Below, piece by piece: positions 47,751 to 56,290 of a DNA stretch of 64,000 nt; position 1 is the stretch's first letter; each line of letters starts with the position of its first letter. The notes beneath the pieces are model-generated. The model ran no database searches. It saw nothing but the letters and a program-made list of their open reading frames with translations, and had not been told where the DNA came from. The DNA is from Armatimonadota bacterium (lineage in GTDB: Bacteria; Armatimonadota; SYMT01): assembly GCA_041690135.1 (NCBI GenBank), contig JAWLHY010000004.1, positions 288,001 through 352,000 on the forward strand, written 5' to 3'. Position numbers and translations under genes: made by a program.

Positions 47751-50015
47751 ATGCCGAGGAAGATCAAAACCGTTATCGTGGAGAACGGCTTCGAGAAGGA
47801 AGTCGAAATCGAGGTTCCGGACGGTCCCCCGGCTTCCTGGGGCGACCTGAACAAGCTCCGCATCCTGGGCAAGCGGAACCCCCGCCTGGAAGGCCCGGAG
47901 AAGGTCACCGGCCGCGCCAAGTACGCCTCCGACATCGTCCTGCCGGGGATGCTCTACGGCCGGTACGTCACCAGCGCCTACCCCGCGGCGACGATCAAGC
48001 GCATCGACCTGAGCCCCGCGGAGAGGATGCCGGGGGTGAAGGCCGTGCTCCCGATCAAAGAGGCCGGCGCCACCGTTACCTTTGCCGGCGAACCGATCGC
48101 CGCCATCGCCGCCGAGACCCCGGAGATCGCGGACGACGCCATTCGCGCCGTGAAGATCACCTACGAGCCGAAGCGGTTCGTGGTCAATCCGGACCGGGCG
48201 CTCCAGCCCGGCGCCCCCCTGGTGCGTCCGGACGTGGCCGGCAACCTGAGCCAGACCGGCCAGGCCAAGGAAGGCGACGTGGACGCCGCCTTCAAGAGTG
48301 CCTACGCCACCATCGAGGGCGTCTACGAAGCGCAAACCCGTCTCCACTGCTGTCTGGAAACGCACGGCCACACCGTGAAGTGGGACGGCGACAAGCTCAC
48401 CGCCTGGTCCTCGACCCAGCACATCGAGGGCTGCCGGAATGACTTCGGCAGCCTCGCGGGCGGGCCGGACAAGGTGCGGGTCATCTGCGAGCACATGGGT
48501 GGCGGCTTCGGCAGTAAGTTCGGCGCGAGCCTGGAAGGAATCACCGCCGCCAAGCTGGCCAAGGCGGCCAACGCGCCGGTGAAACTCATGCTCACCCGGG
48601 CGGACGAGCAGTACCACAACTTCCGGGGCCCCGGCGCGCGCGTCCACGTGAAACTGGCCGCCGCCGAGGACGGCACCCTGCTCGCCTCCGATGTCGTCAC
48701 GTTCAACAACGGCGGCACGGGCAATGCCAGCACCCGGATGGACGAGGGCTTCTTCATTATCAAGCCGCAGACCGTGCGGGTGAAGAAGCAGTCGGTCCTC
48801 ACGAATACCGGCGGCATCGCCGCTCTCCGGGCTCCCGGCCATCCCCAGGCGGCGGTGATCTGGGACATGGCGCTGGACCAGATGGCTGCCCGGCTCAACA
48901 TCGATCCGCTCGACCTTCGCAAGAAGAACCACAACGACAATGTCCGCGTGGCCGAGTGGGACCTGGGGGCCAAGATCATCGGCTGGGAGCGCCGGCAGCG
49001 CGTGCCCGGCTCGGCCCGTGGGGTCGTCAAGCGCGGCATCGGAATGGGCAGCGCCACCTGGGGCGGCGGGGGCCGGCAAACGGCCGACTCCACCGTCATC
49101 ATCGGGCGGGACGGCTCGGTGATCTCTTACTGTGGGGTCCAGGACCTGGGGACCGGCGTCCGCAACTACGTGTCGGGCATCGTGGCGGAGGAGCTCGGCC
49201 TGGAACTCGACCAGGTGGAGGCCCGGATCGGCGACACCACCTACGGCAAGGGCCACGGCTCCGGCGGCTCCACCACCACCCCCTCCGTGGCGCCGGCCGT
49301 GAAAATGGCCGCCGTGGACGCGCGCGATAAGCTGACCGCCGCTGCCGCCAAGCTGCTCAAGGTCAAGCCCGAAGAGATCGAGATCGTGCCGGGCGGCCGG
49401 TTCCAGGTGAAAGGCAAATCCGGGAAGGGCATTTCCTGGAAGCAGCTCTGCCGGACCCTGCCCGAGAAGGGTCTCAAGGCCTACGGCCTCTGGAATGCCG
49501 ACCTGGCGGCCAGCGGCGTCCGCGGCTGTAACTTCGCCGAGGTGGCGGTCGACACCGAAACCGGTAAGGTCACGATCCTCAAGGTAGTCGGCGTGCAGGA
49601 CTGCGGCGTGGTGCTGAACCGGCTCCAGGCCGAAAGCCAGATGACCGGAAGCATCATCCAGGGCATCGGGACGGCCCTCCTGGAGCACCGGCACATGGAT
49701 AACCTGACCGGCCGCATGCTGAACCCCAACTTCGAGGAGTACAAGCTCTGCGGCGCTCTCGAAGCGGGCGGGGTCAACATCACGATGGATCCCCCGTATC
49801 GCACCCTCGAGCCTGAGGAGCACGGAATCGTCACGGTCATCTTCGACAATCCTACGGGCAAGGTCAGCGGCATCGGCGAGCCGGCCGTCGTGGCCGTGCA
49901 GGCGGCGATCGCCAACGCCATCTACAACGCGATCGGTGTACACGTAGCCGAACAGCCGGCTACACCCGACCGGGTCCTGGCGGCCCTGGCCCGCAAGAAC
50001 GGAGCGACGGCATGA
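47751..50015 (+). CDS. Xanthine dehydrogenase family molybdopterin-binding subunit (PaoC/YagR-like)
   Basis: KVTGRAKY, MGGGFGSK, LRAPG, QDLGTG, GSGGS, GIGEP. Confidence 0.93.
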   Translation: MPRKIKTVIVENGFEKEVEIEVPDGPPASWGDLNKLRILGKRNPRLEGPEKVTGRAKYASDIVLPGMLYGRYVTSAYPAATIKRIDLSPAERMPGVKAVLPIKEAGATVTFAGEPIAAIAAETPEIADDAIRAVKITYEPKRFVVNPDRALQPGAPLVRPDVAGNLSQTGQAKEGDVDAAFKSAYATIEGVYEAQTRLHCCLETHGHTVKWDGDKLTAWSSTQHIEGCRNDFGSLAGGPDKVRVICEHMGGGFGSKFGASLEGITAAKLAKAANAPVKLMLTRADEQYHNFRGPGARVHVKLAAAEDGTLLASDVVTFNNGGTGNASTRMDEGFFIIKPQTVRVKKQSVLTNTGGIAALRAPGHPQAAVIWDMALDQMAARLNIDPLDLRKKNHNDNVRVAEWDLGAKIIGWERRQRVPGSARGVVKRGIGMGSATWGGGGRQTADSTVIIGRDGSVISYCGVQDLGTGVRNYVSGIVAEELGLELDQVEARIGDTTYGKGHGSGGSTTTPSVAPAVKMAAVDARDKLTAAAAKLLKVKPEEIEIVPGGRFQVKGKSGKGISWKQLCRTLPEKGLKAYGLWNADLAASGVRGCNFAEVAVDTETGKVTILKVVGVQDCGVVLNRLQAESQMTGSIIQGIGTALLEHRHMDNLTGRMLNPNFEEYKLCGALEAGGVNITMDPPYRTLEPEEHGIVTVIFDNPTGKVSGIGEPAVVAVQAAIANAIYNAIGVHVAEQPATPDRVLAALARKNGATA

Positions 50016-51013
50016 AAGCATTCGAATACGTTTCGGCCCGCGATCTGAAGGCCGCCTCCGAGGCACTCCGCCAGAAGCCGGAAGGGGCGAAGATCCTGGC
50101 GGGCGGGGTCGATCTGCTCACGGAGATGAAAGAGCGGATCATCGAACCCGAGCGCCTGGTCAATATCAAGACCATTCCGGGTCTCAACGGGATCAAGCTC
50201 GACCGCAAGGGCCTGACCCTGGGAGCCCTCGTGACGCTCGCCACCATCGAGCGCCACGAGAAAATCCAGGGAGCGTTCACGGCCCTCGCGGAAGCCGCGC
50301 GCTCCGTGGCCTCGCCCCAGATCCGCAACGTCGGCACGCTGGGGGGTAACCTGTGCCAGCGCCCGCGCTGCTGGTACTACCGGGACGAGACCATCAAGTG
50401 CCTGAAGAAGGGCGGATCCCGCTGCTACGCGGCGGACGACCTGGCGGAGAACAAATACAACGCCATCCTGGGCGGTGGGCCGTCGTACATCGTGCACCCG
50501 AGCGACTGCGCGCCGGCATTGATCGCCCTGGGAGCGCAGATCCGCTACGGCAACGGCGAAGGCGAGCCCCGGACGGTATCGGCGGAGGAGTTCTTCGTGC
50601 GGCCACAGGATGATCCCACGACCGAGACCATCCTGCAGCCGGGCGAGATCCTCACCGAGGTGTTCATCCCCACCCCGGCGCCCGGCACCCGCAGCACCTA
50701 CATCAAGTTCAAGGAGAAGGACTCCTTCGACTGGGCCATCTCCGCCGTGGCGGTGAGCGCCGTAACCGGCAGCGACGGCACCGTTAAGGACGTCCGCGTG
50801 GTGCTGGGCGGCGTGGCCCCGGTGCCGTGGCGCAGCAAGGAAGCCGAGGCAGTGCTGAAGGGGAAGAAGTTCTCCACCGCCCTGGCCAACGAGGCTGCGG
50901 AAGCCGCCCTCAAGAACGCCCGGCCCCTGAGCAAGAACGGCTACAAGGTCCCGCTGACCCGAGTGCTCGTCCGCCGCGCGCTGGAAGAGGTCCTTGGAGA
51001 CAAGCCGGCCTGA
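50012..51013 (+). CDS. Xanthine dehydrogenase family FAD-binding subunit with 4Fe-4S Cys insert (PaoB/YagS-like)
   Basis: LAGGVDL, ASPQIRNVGTLGGNLCQRPRCWYYR..C.KKGG..C, HPSD, GGVAPVPWR. Confidence 0.93.
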   Translation: MKAFEYVSARDLKAASEALRQKPEGAKILAGGVDLLTEMKERIIEPERLVNIKTIPGLNGIKLDRKGLTLGALVTLATIERHEKIQGAFTALAEAARSVASPQIRNVGTLGGNLCQRPRCWYYRDETIKCLKKGGSRCYAADDLAENKYNAILGGGPSYIVHPSDCAPALIALGAQIRYGNGEGEPRTVSAEEFFVRPQDDPTTETILQPGEILTEVFIPTPAPGTRSTYIKFKEKDSFDWAISAVAVSAVTGSDGTVKDVRVVLGGVAPVPWRSKEAEAVLKGKKFSTALANEAAEAALKNARPLSKNGYKVPLTRVLVRRALEEVLGDKPA

Positions 51014-51059
51014 GAAGACCCACGTCGGGTGCGCTCCACCTGACGAGTGAGAGAATAGG

Positions 51060-51103
51060 AGAATGGGAGACGCCGGGTGCAAGAACCATGCGTCTCCCAT
51101 TCT
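51060..51103. terminator. 14-bp stem hairpin after the molybdoenzyme operon
   Basis: agaatgggagacgc...gcgtctcccattct; weak U-tail. Confidence 0.45.
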
Positions 51104-51486
51104 GCGTCAGGATCAGAGAGCCCGCTCTACTTTGGCGCGGTACCAATGCGGCATCAATGCGCCTGACCAACCTGCGTGGTCAAAATCCTGGCGCATAGAG
51201 GAGAAATGGCCGCACGGAATGTAGGCTTGCGCCCCGTGGGGGTGGCCGGATCTCGGTCCCGGCCTGGGAAGGGGCCTCGTATCGGTCCCGCCAGTCGGGA
51301 CAACACTCTGGAACCCCGCCCACTCCAGGGTTCTGGTCCAAAGGCAAACGCCTTTGCCCCGATGCCTACGGGATCGGTACGGTTTGGCCGTACGGAGAGA
51401 GAACCCAAGACCAGGCAGGCATCCGAAAGCCTACCCTACACGGGTGCGTGATCCAAACGAACTACTTCGACCAAAGGCCGCACTTC

Positions 51487-52341
51487 ATGGAAAACCTCCC
51501 CATCATTGATACGCACCAGCACCTGTGGGACCTGACGAAGTTCCGTCTCCACTGGCTCGCCGGAAACCCCAAACTGAACCGCAGCTTCCTGATGGGGGAC
51601 TACTACACGGCGACGGAAGGCCTCAACGTCGTCAAGACTATCTACATGGAGGTCGACGTCGATCCGGCGCAGCAGGACGAGGAGGCGGAGTACGTGATCG
51701 AGCTCTGCCGCCGCGACGACAACCCGATGGCGAAGGCGGTGATCTCGGGACGGCCGGGCACCGATGGCTTCCGGCCCTACATCACTCGCTATGCGGAGAG
51801 CCCGTACATCCAGGGAGTCCGGCAGGTGCTGCACGGGTCCGCCCCTCCCGGCCACTGTCTTCAACCGGAGTTCGTGCGCGACATCCGCCTGCTGGGGGAG
51901 CTAGGCCTGAGTTACGACCTCTGCCTGCGCGCCGCGGAGCTCGCGGATGGCGCGCGGCTGGTCGAGGCCTGCCCGGGCACCCGGTTCGTCCTCGACCACT
52001 GCGGCAACGCCAACGTGCAGGCCCCGGATCGGAGTCAATGGGCGCGCGACCTCGCCGCCATCGCGGCCCGCCCCAACGTGATCTGCAAGGTCTCCGGAAT
52101 CGTCGCCTCCGCCCATCCGGAGAACTGGACGGCCGCGGACCTGGAACCGATCGTCAACCACGTGCTGGACGCATTCGGACCAGACCGCGTGGTCTTCGGC
52201 GGCGACTGGCCGGTCTGCACCCGCGCGGCAACCTTCCGCCAGTGGGTGGAGGCCCTGCGCTGGATCGTCCGGGACCGTGACGAGGAAGAGCAGCGGAAGT
52301 TGTTCCACGATAATGCGGCCCGGTTTTACAGGTTGACTTGA
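51487..52341 (+). CDS. Amidohydrolase_2 family (L-fuconolactonase-like)
   Basis: IIDTHQHLW, VLDHCG, CKVSG, FGGDWPV, NAARFY. Confidence 0.9.
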   Translation: MENLPIIDTHQHLWDLTKFRLHWLAGNPKLNRSFLMGDYYTATEGLNVVKTIYMEVDVDPAQQDEEAEYVIELCRRDDNPMAKAVISGRPGTDGFRPYITRYAESPYIQGVRQVLHGSAPPGHCLQPEFVRDIRLLGELGLSYDLCLRAAELADGARLVEACPGTRFVLDHCGNANVQAPDRSQWARDLAAIAARPNVICKVSGIVASAHPENWTAADLEPIVNHVLDAFGPDRVVFGGDWPVCTRAATFRQWVEALRWIVRDRDEEEQRKLFHDNAARFYRLT

Positions 52342-52468
52342 CACCGGGCGGCTGGGCGGCCGACTATTCAACTGATAGGAGCCTCTTTGCCCGCTCTCCC
52401 GGCGGATCGGAACTTGGATAGATCCGGATGGGCGTGGGCTTCTTCGGGCTCCGTTAAGGAGAGTAGTC

Positions 52469-53182
52469 ATGTTGCGAAAAGCCCTGGCAGCGCTCGCCGT
52501 AATGGCGGGGCTGCTGGCCGTACCGGCCCACGCCCAGGACGAACGACCCAGCCTGCTCGGCGGCGGCTCCGCAGTACCGAACTTCTTCGGCACCACCGGT
52601 CTGCTAACCACCCCCACCGCCTACACCGTGGGAGATAAGGGCGTATCCGCCCACGCCTACTTCGGCGACGACGCCAATTCCTACGGGTTCCTGGTGGGCC
52701 CCTTCAATCGCCTCGAGATCGGCGGCACCTTCCTCGACTTCGATGGCGGTCTGGACGAAGAGTTCATCCTGAACGCGAAATTCAGCCTGCTGCAGGAGAA
52801 CTTCGCGCTTCCGGGCATCGCCGTGGGTGTGACCGACGCCTTCGACGAGTTGAACGCCGACCCGAGCTGGTACGTTGTGGCCAGCAAGGACCTCAGCCGG
52901 ACCATTCCGCTGGGACTGATTCAGTGGAAGCTCAACTTCGGCTACGGCGGCGGCATCTACGACGATGAAATCTTCGCTGGCGCGGAGTTCAACATCGGCA
53001 CCCCGCTCGACGTCATCCCCGTCACCCGGCCGACGTTCAGCTTCATCGCCGAGTACGCCAACGACGACGTGAACCTCGGTCTCCGGGGCCGCTGGCGCGG
53101 TTTCGCCGCCACCGTCGGCTTCCTGGACTTCGACGACGTCTTCGGCGGCGTCAGCTACACCACCGGCCTGCGCCTGCGGTAA
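52469..53182 (+). CDS. YjbH-like outer-membrane beta-barrel protein
   Basis: Signal peptide, GTTGLLTTPTA, RLEIG, IAVGVTD, YVVASK, AEY. Confidence 0.7.
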   Translation: MLRKALAALAVMAGLLAVPAHAQDERPSLLGGGSAVPNFFGTTGLLTTPTAYTVGDKGVSAHAYFGDDANSYGFLVGPFNRLEIGGTFLDFDGGLDEEFILNAKFSLLQENFALPGIAVGVTDAFDELNADPSWYVVASKDLSRTIPLGLIQWKLNFGYGGGIYDDEIFAGAEFNIGTPLDVIPVTRPTFSFIAEYANDDVNLGLRGRWRGFAATVGFLDFDDVFGGVSYTTGLRLR

Positions 53183-53305
53183 GCAAGAGCACGGGGGGTG
53201 GGGACCAATCATTTTCTCGGATCGTGATCGCTATCGTGATCGTGATCGGTCCCCACCCCATTCCCCAATCGCTCCGCCACCTAACCGGTTCCCTCACCAC
53301 CTGCC

Positions 53306-53334
53306 TTGACCCGGAAGGCGGGTATCGCCATCAT
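53306..53334 (+). promoter_or_regulatory. Sigma70-like promoter placing the TSS at or near the ATG (leaderless)
   Basis: TTGACC-17 nt-CATCAT, then 6 nt to ATG 53341; no SD. Confidence 0.45.
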
Positions 53335-53340
53335 AGCGGT

Positions 53341-54102
53341 ATGCGCGCGGCCTACAAGTTTCGTGGGGAGACCCACGCCTGCGCCTATCTCCCGGACCAG
53401 TTGTGCACGCTGGAGTACACGGTTCCGTACGAGATAAGCGGCCAGGAGTACGAGGACCTGATGAACCGGGGATACCGCAAGTTCGGCCGGTTCCTCTTTC
53501 GCCCGGTCTGCGCGGCCTGTTCCGCCTGCCGCCCCATCCGAATTCCGGTGGCGGAGTTCCGCCCGGACCGCAGCCAGCGGCGCGCCTGGAAGCGGAACGA
53601 GCACCTGGAGGTCCGCTACGCCCGTCCCGGTCTCGACGACCAGCGCCTCGATCTTTACCGCCGGTATCACGCCGCCCAGGCGAACCGGAAGGGCTGGCCG
53701 GAGACGGAAAAGGAAGCGGAAGACTACGCGACCAGTTTCGTCGACAGCCCGATCCCTTCGGTGGAGATCTCGCTCTGGGAGGAGGACCGCCTCCGCGCCG
53801 TCGTGCTGACGGACGTAACGCCGAACGTAGTCTCCGGCGTGTACCACTTCTACGACCCGGAGCTCTATCCGCAAAGCGTGGGCACCTATTGTATGCTCCA
53901 GACCCTGGAACTCGCCCGTCGCCTCAACCGGAAGTGGGCCTACTTCGGCTTCTACGTGGCCGGGTGCGGCAGCCTGGAGTACAAGGCCCGCTTCCACCCC
54001 TGCGAGGTTATGGACGAGCGGGGGCATTGGCATCCGTTCGCGCGCGAAGCTTCCCGAGCCCCAGGAACGGGTGGAGTGGGAGAGTTCGGGGAGCCGGAGT
54101 AA
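53341..54102 (+). CDS. ate: Arginyl-tRNA--protein transferase family (Ate/Bpt Asp/Glu leucyltransferase)
   Basis: CAYLP, GYRKFG..RPVCAACSAC, SQRR, SGVYHFYDP, YFGFYVAGC..YKARF. Confidence 0.9.
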   Translation: MRAAYKFRGETHACAYLPDQLCTLEYTVPYEISGQEYEDLMNRGYRKFGRFLFRPVCAACSACRPIRIPVAEFRPDRSQRRAWKRNEHLEVRYARPGLDDQRLDLYRRYHAAQANRKGWPETEKEAEDYATSFVDSPIPSVEISLWEEDRLRAVVLTDVTPNVVSGVYHFYDPELYPQSVGTYCMLQTLELARRLNRKWAYFGFYVAGCGSLEYKARFHPCEVMDERGHWHPFAREASRAPGTGGVGEFGEPE

Positions 54103-54146
54103 GAGTAGGAGTAGGAGTAAGAGTAAGAAGCGGAGGACCCAAGGTT

Positions 54147-54745
54147 AGTCCGGTTCCCCTTGCAACCACCCTACCCGAACCCGGACTGGTGTCGGGGCAA
54201 GCATCTGAATAATTCTTGCTCTCGTGGCAAGAACCTGTTTCTCCACTCAGGGCAGCGAGCCTTGCCGGAGTGCCGGCGCTTGCGCGGCCTCCATGGGGTG
54301 TACCGTACCTGCCCAGTCACTTGCACACACTCCCTCAGTCCGGTTCCCCTTGCGACCGCCGTACCCGAACCCGGACTGGCGTCCAGACTCCCCTCTCGAA
54401 CCACAACGGGTTCGGAGACTTCAGACAAGCACACGTTCCGTGGTGCTTGTTCTGGATACGCACCTACTCGCAGCGCGGGATGGGAGTCCCGACGCTAGTC
54501 GGGTTCCCCTTGCGACCGCCGTACCCGAACCCGGACTTGCGTCCAGACTCCCTTCTCGGGACTCGGTAGGCTCGGAGACGCTGGATAGGTTCCCGTTTCG
54601 TGGGTATCGCCTGTGGATAGGCAGTCGTACTCAGTGCGGGATGGGAGTCCGGACGAAGTCCGGTTTCCCTTGCGACTACCGTATCCGAAACCCGGACTGC
54701 CGTCCGGACTCCCCTCACCAACTCAGACCGGTTCGGTATCCCAGG
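54147..54745. repeat. Tandem array of structured ~160-bp units (4 copies of a 41-bp hairpin core)
   Basis: Core AGTCCGGTTCCCCTTGCGACCGCCGTACCCGAACCCGGACT at 54147, 54337, 54497 and 54657 (spacing 190, 160, 160). Confidence 0.9.
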
Positions 54746-54756
54746 CTAAGGCCACG

Positions 54757-55872
54757 CTACTTCGAACCGGGGCTGAATTGAGGATCCACACCCTCGCCGA
54801 TTTCTTTCGGGGCGGGGACCAGGACTTCGTAGTCGGCGAGACGGCGGAGCAAGTCCGGGCCAACGAACACCCGCTCCTTCTTCACGACCTCCCCCACCAC
54901 CGTCTGGTTCGGGCGGCCGTTGAAGTGTGGGAGGATCCGGAACAGGGCGCTGGAGAGCGAAAGAGGATCGGAGGGACGGTAAGTGCGAACCAGCGTGCGC
55001 TCGCCGTTCGCTTCCAGGATGGTGAACGAGCCCATCACCAGCGGATCGGGCACGGCATCGGACATCAGGGAGGCGTGGGCTTCTTCCACCATCCGCGCAA
55101 GGCCGCAACCCATCGGCTGGACGATTCGCAGTACCTCGTCCCACGTCAAAGCGGCCACCCGTTCCGCGCATGCCTGGAAGAACTCCTCTTCCCGGCCGTA
55201 CCAGGAGCCCCAAACCCGCTGGTAGAGTTGCGGGTCCACGCTTCCTTCCAGTTCGGAGAGGTCGAGTTTGGCCTGTGACTGCACCCGGTCCCGCAACTCC
55301 AGGAGCGTCCGGACGGCCTCGGCTCCGGGGTCCATCTCCAGGGCGGCCCACCAGGAGAGATCCGTCTCAACTACCGAGAGCAGGGCCTCCAGCGCCTTCC
55401 AGAACCGCTCGCCCACGGCGCCCCGGTTGAACTTGCAGAACCAGGTGCTGCAAACTCCGTTGCGGTGGCGCCAGATGCCGCAGCCGCCCGTCTCGGAAAC
55501 AAAGTGGGGGCAGAGCAGGTGGAGGCTCTGCCCGAATCCGAGACTGTGGTCGTAGAGCAGACCATACCGGCGCGAGGGCTGGATCCCGAGGGGGGTAACC
55601 CCGTCCCCCGCCCGCAACCGCGCGAGCGTCGTCTCCCGACCGCGGGCAGTGACCAAGTCTTTGTCCCGGAGGATCGCGCCGACGGTGAAGTTCGGCAGCA
55701 AGGGCAGATAGCTACAGCACTTCACCCCCGGGTGGAACTGGCCACCGGAGAAGGCCGTCCCCGCATCACCCTCATCCACCATCGCGCAGTTGTGGCACGT
55801 AGCCTGGGCCTCTTCCGCGATGGGGCCCGGTAGGCATGCCTCCATCCAACGGGCATAGAGAGGAGGGAGCAT
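54757..55872 (-). CDS. Cys-cluster protein (YkgJ/FliB-like pattern) with a possible C-terminal winged helix
   Basis: CHNC...KCC...CPHF..CGIWRHRNGVCSTWFC resembles CxxC..CC..C..CxIYxxRPxxC. Confidence 0.65.
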   Translation of the reverse strand: MLPPLYARWMEACLPGPIAEEAQATCHNCAMVDEGDAGTAFSGGQFHPGVKCCSYLPLLPNFTVGAILRDKDLVTARGRETTLARLRAGDGVTPLGIQPSRRYGLLYDHSLGFGQSLHLLCPHFVSETGGCGIWRHRNGVCSTWFCKFNRGAVGERFWKALEALLSVVETDLSWWAALEMDPGAEAVRTLLELRDRVQSQAKLDLSELEGSVDPQLYQRVWGSWYGREEEFFQACAERVAALTWDEVLRIVQPMGCGLARMVEEAHASLMSDAVPDPLVMGSFTILEANGERTLVRTYRPSDPLSLSSALFRILPHFNGRPNQTVVGEVVKKERVFVGPDLLRRLADYEVLVPAPKEIGEGVDPQFSPGSK

Positions 55873-56030
55873 CGCTCAGTCGTCCTCGGGCCACCTCGCG
55901 TCCCGTACGCGCTCGTGGTATGCCGCCCGGTGCGTGGTTTGGGTGGAAACGTTCCCAACGGCAAGTGGAAGTGGTTCGGGCGCACTCAAGCTAGAACGGT
56001 ATGTGCACAAATCAAAGACCTTCAAGCATC

Positions 56031-56058
56031 CTGACACCAGCCACTCTCAATTTATAAT
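56031..56058 (+). promoter_or_regulatory. Sigma70-like promoter for the asnB cluster
   Basis: CTGACA-16 nt-TATAAT in an AT-rich intergenic patch. Confidence 0.5.
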
Positions 56059-56290
56059 ATTCATGTCGTTGCAATCTTAATCACCAATCATCCCATTGGC
56101 GTACCCCTTCTCAACCGACCTGGGGTCGGCCAAGTATGGAAAAAACGTGGCACGCGTACCACGCGGGCTCATAGCCGCCGTCTTGCGTCCGTTCCTGCCT
56201 TTGCGTTAACGCAGCAGACGAACCCGACCGCAAACTGCGACTGAGCCTGCGCCGGACGCGGCACCCTTTGGCGCGGATGAGGACGGGCCT

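Noticed and set aside
1645-50066. Long antisense or alternate-frame ORFs (e.g. 1645-3474, 12550-14544, 17565-19334, 26907-28988, 47745-50066)
   Set aside because: Shadow ORFs of high-GC coding strands with no motifs; each overlaps a well-supported gene.
51200-51440. Possible ncRNA between the molybdoenzyme operon and the amidohydrolase
   Set aside because: Only short scattered stems (GTAGGCTT/AAGCCTAC, GTACGG/CCGTAC); more likely decayed REP remnants.
54147-54745. CRISPR array
   Set aside because: Intervening segments are about 120-150 bp, related to each other and self-complementary; no cas genes.
55876-56037. Small minus-strand ORF as RiPP precursor for the Cys-cluster protein
   Set aside because: No clear SD or leader/core pattern, and it overlaps the promoter region.
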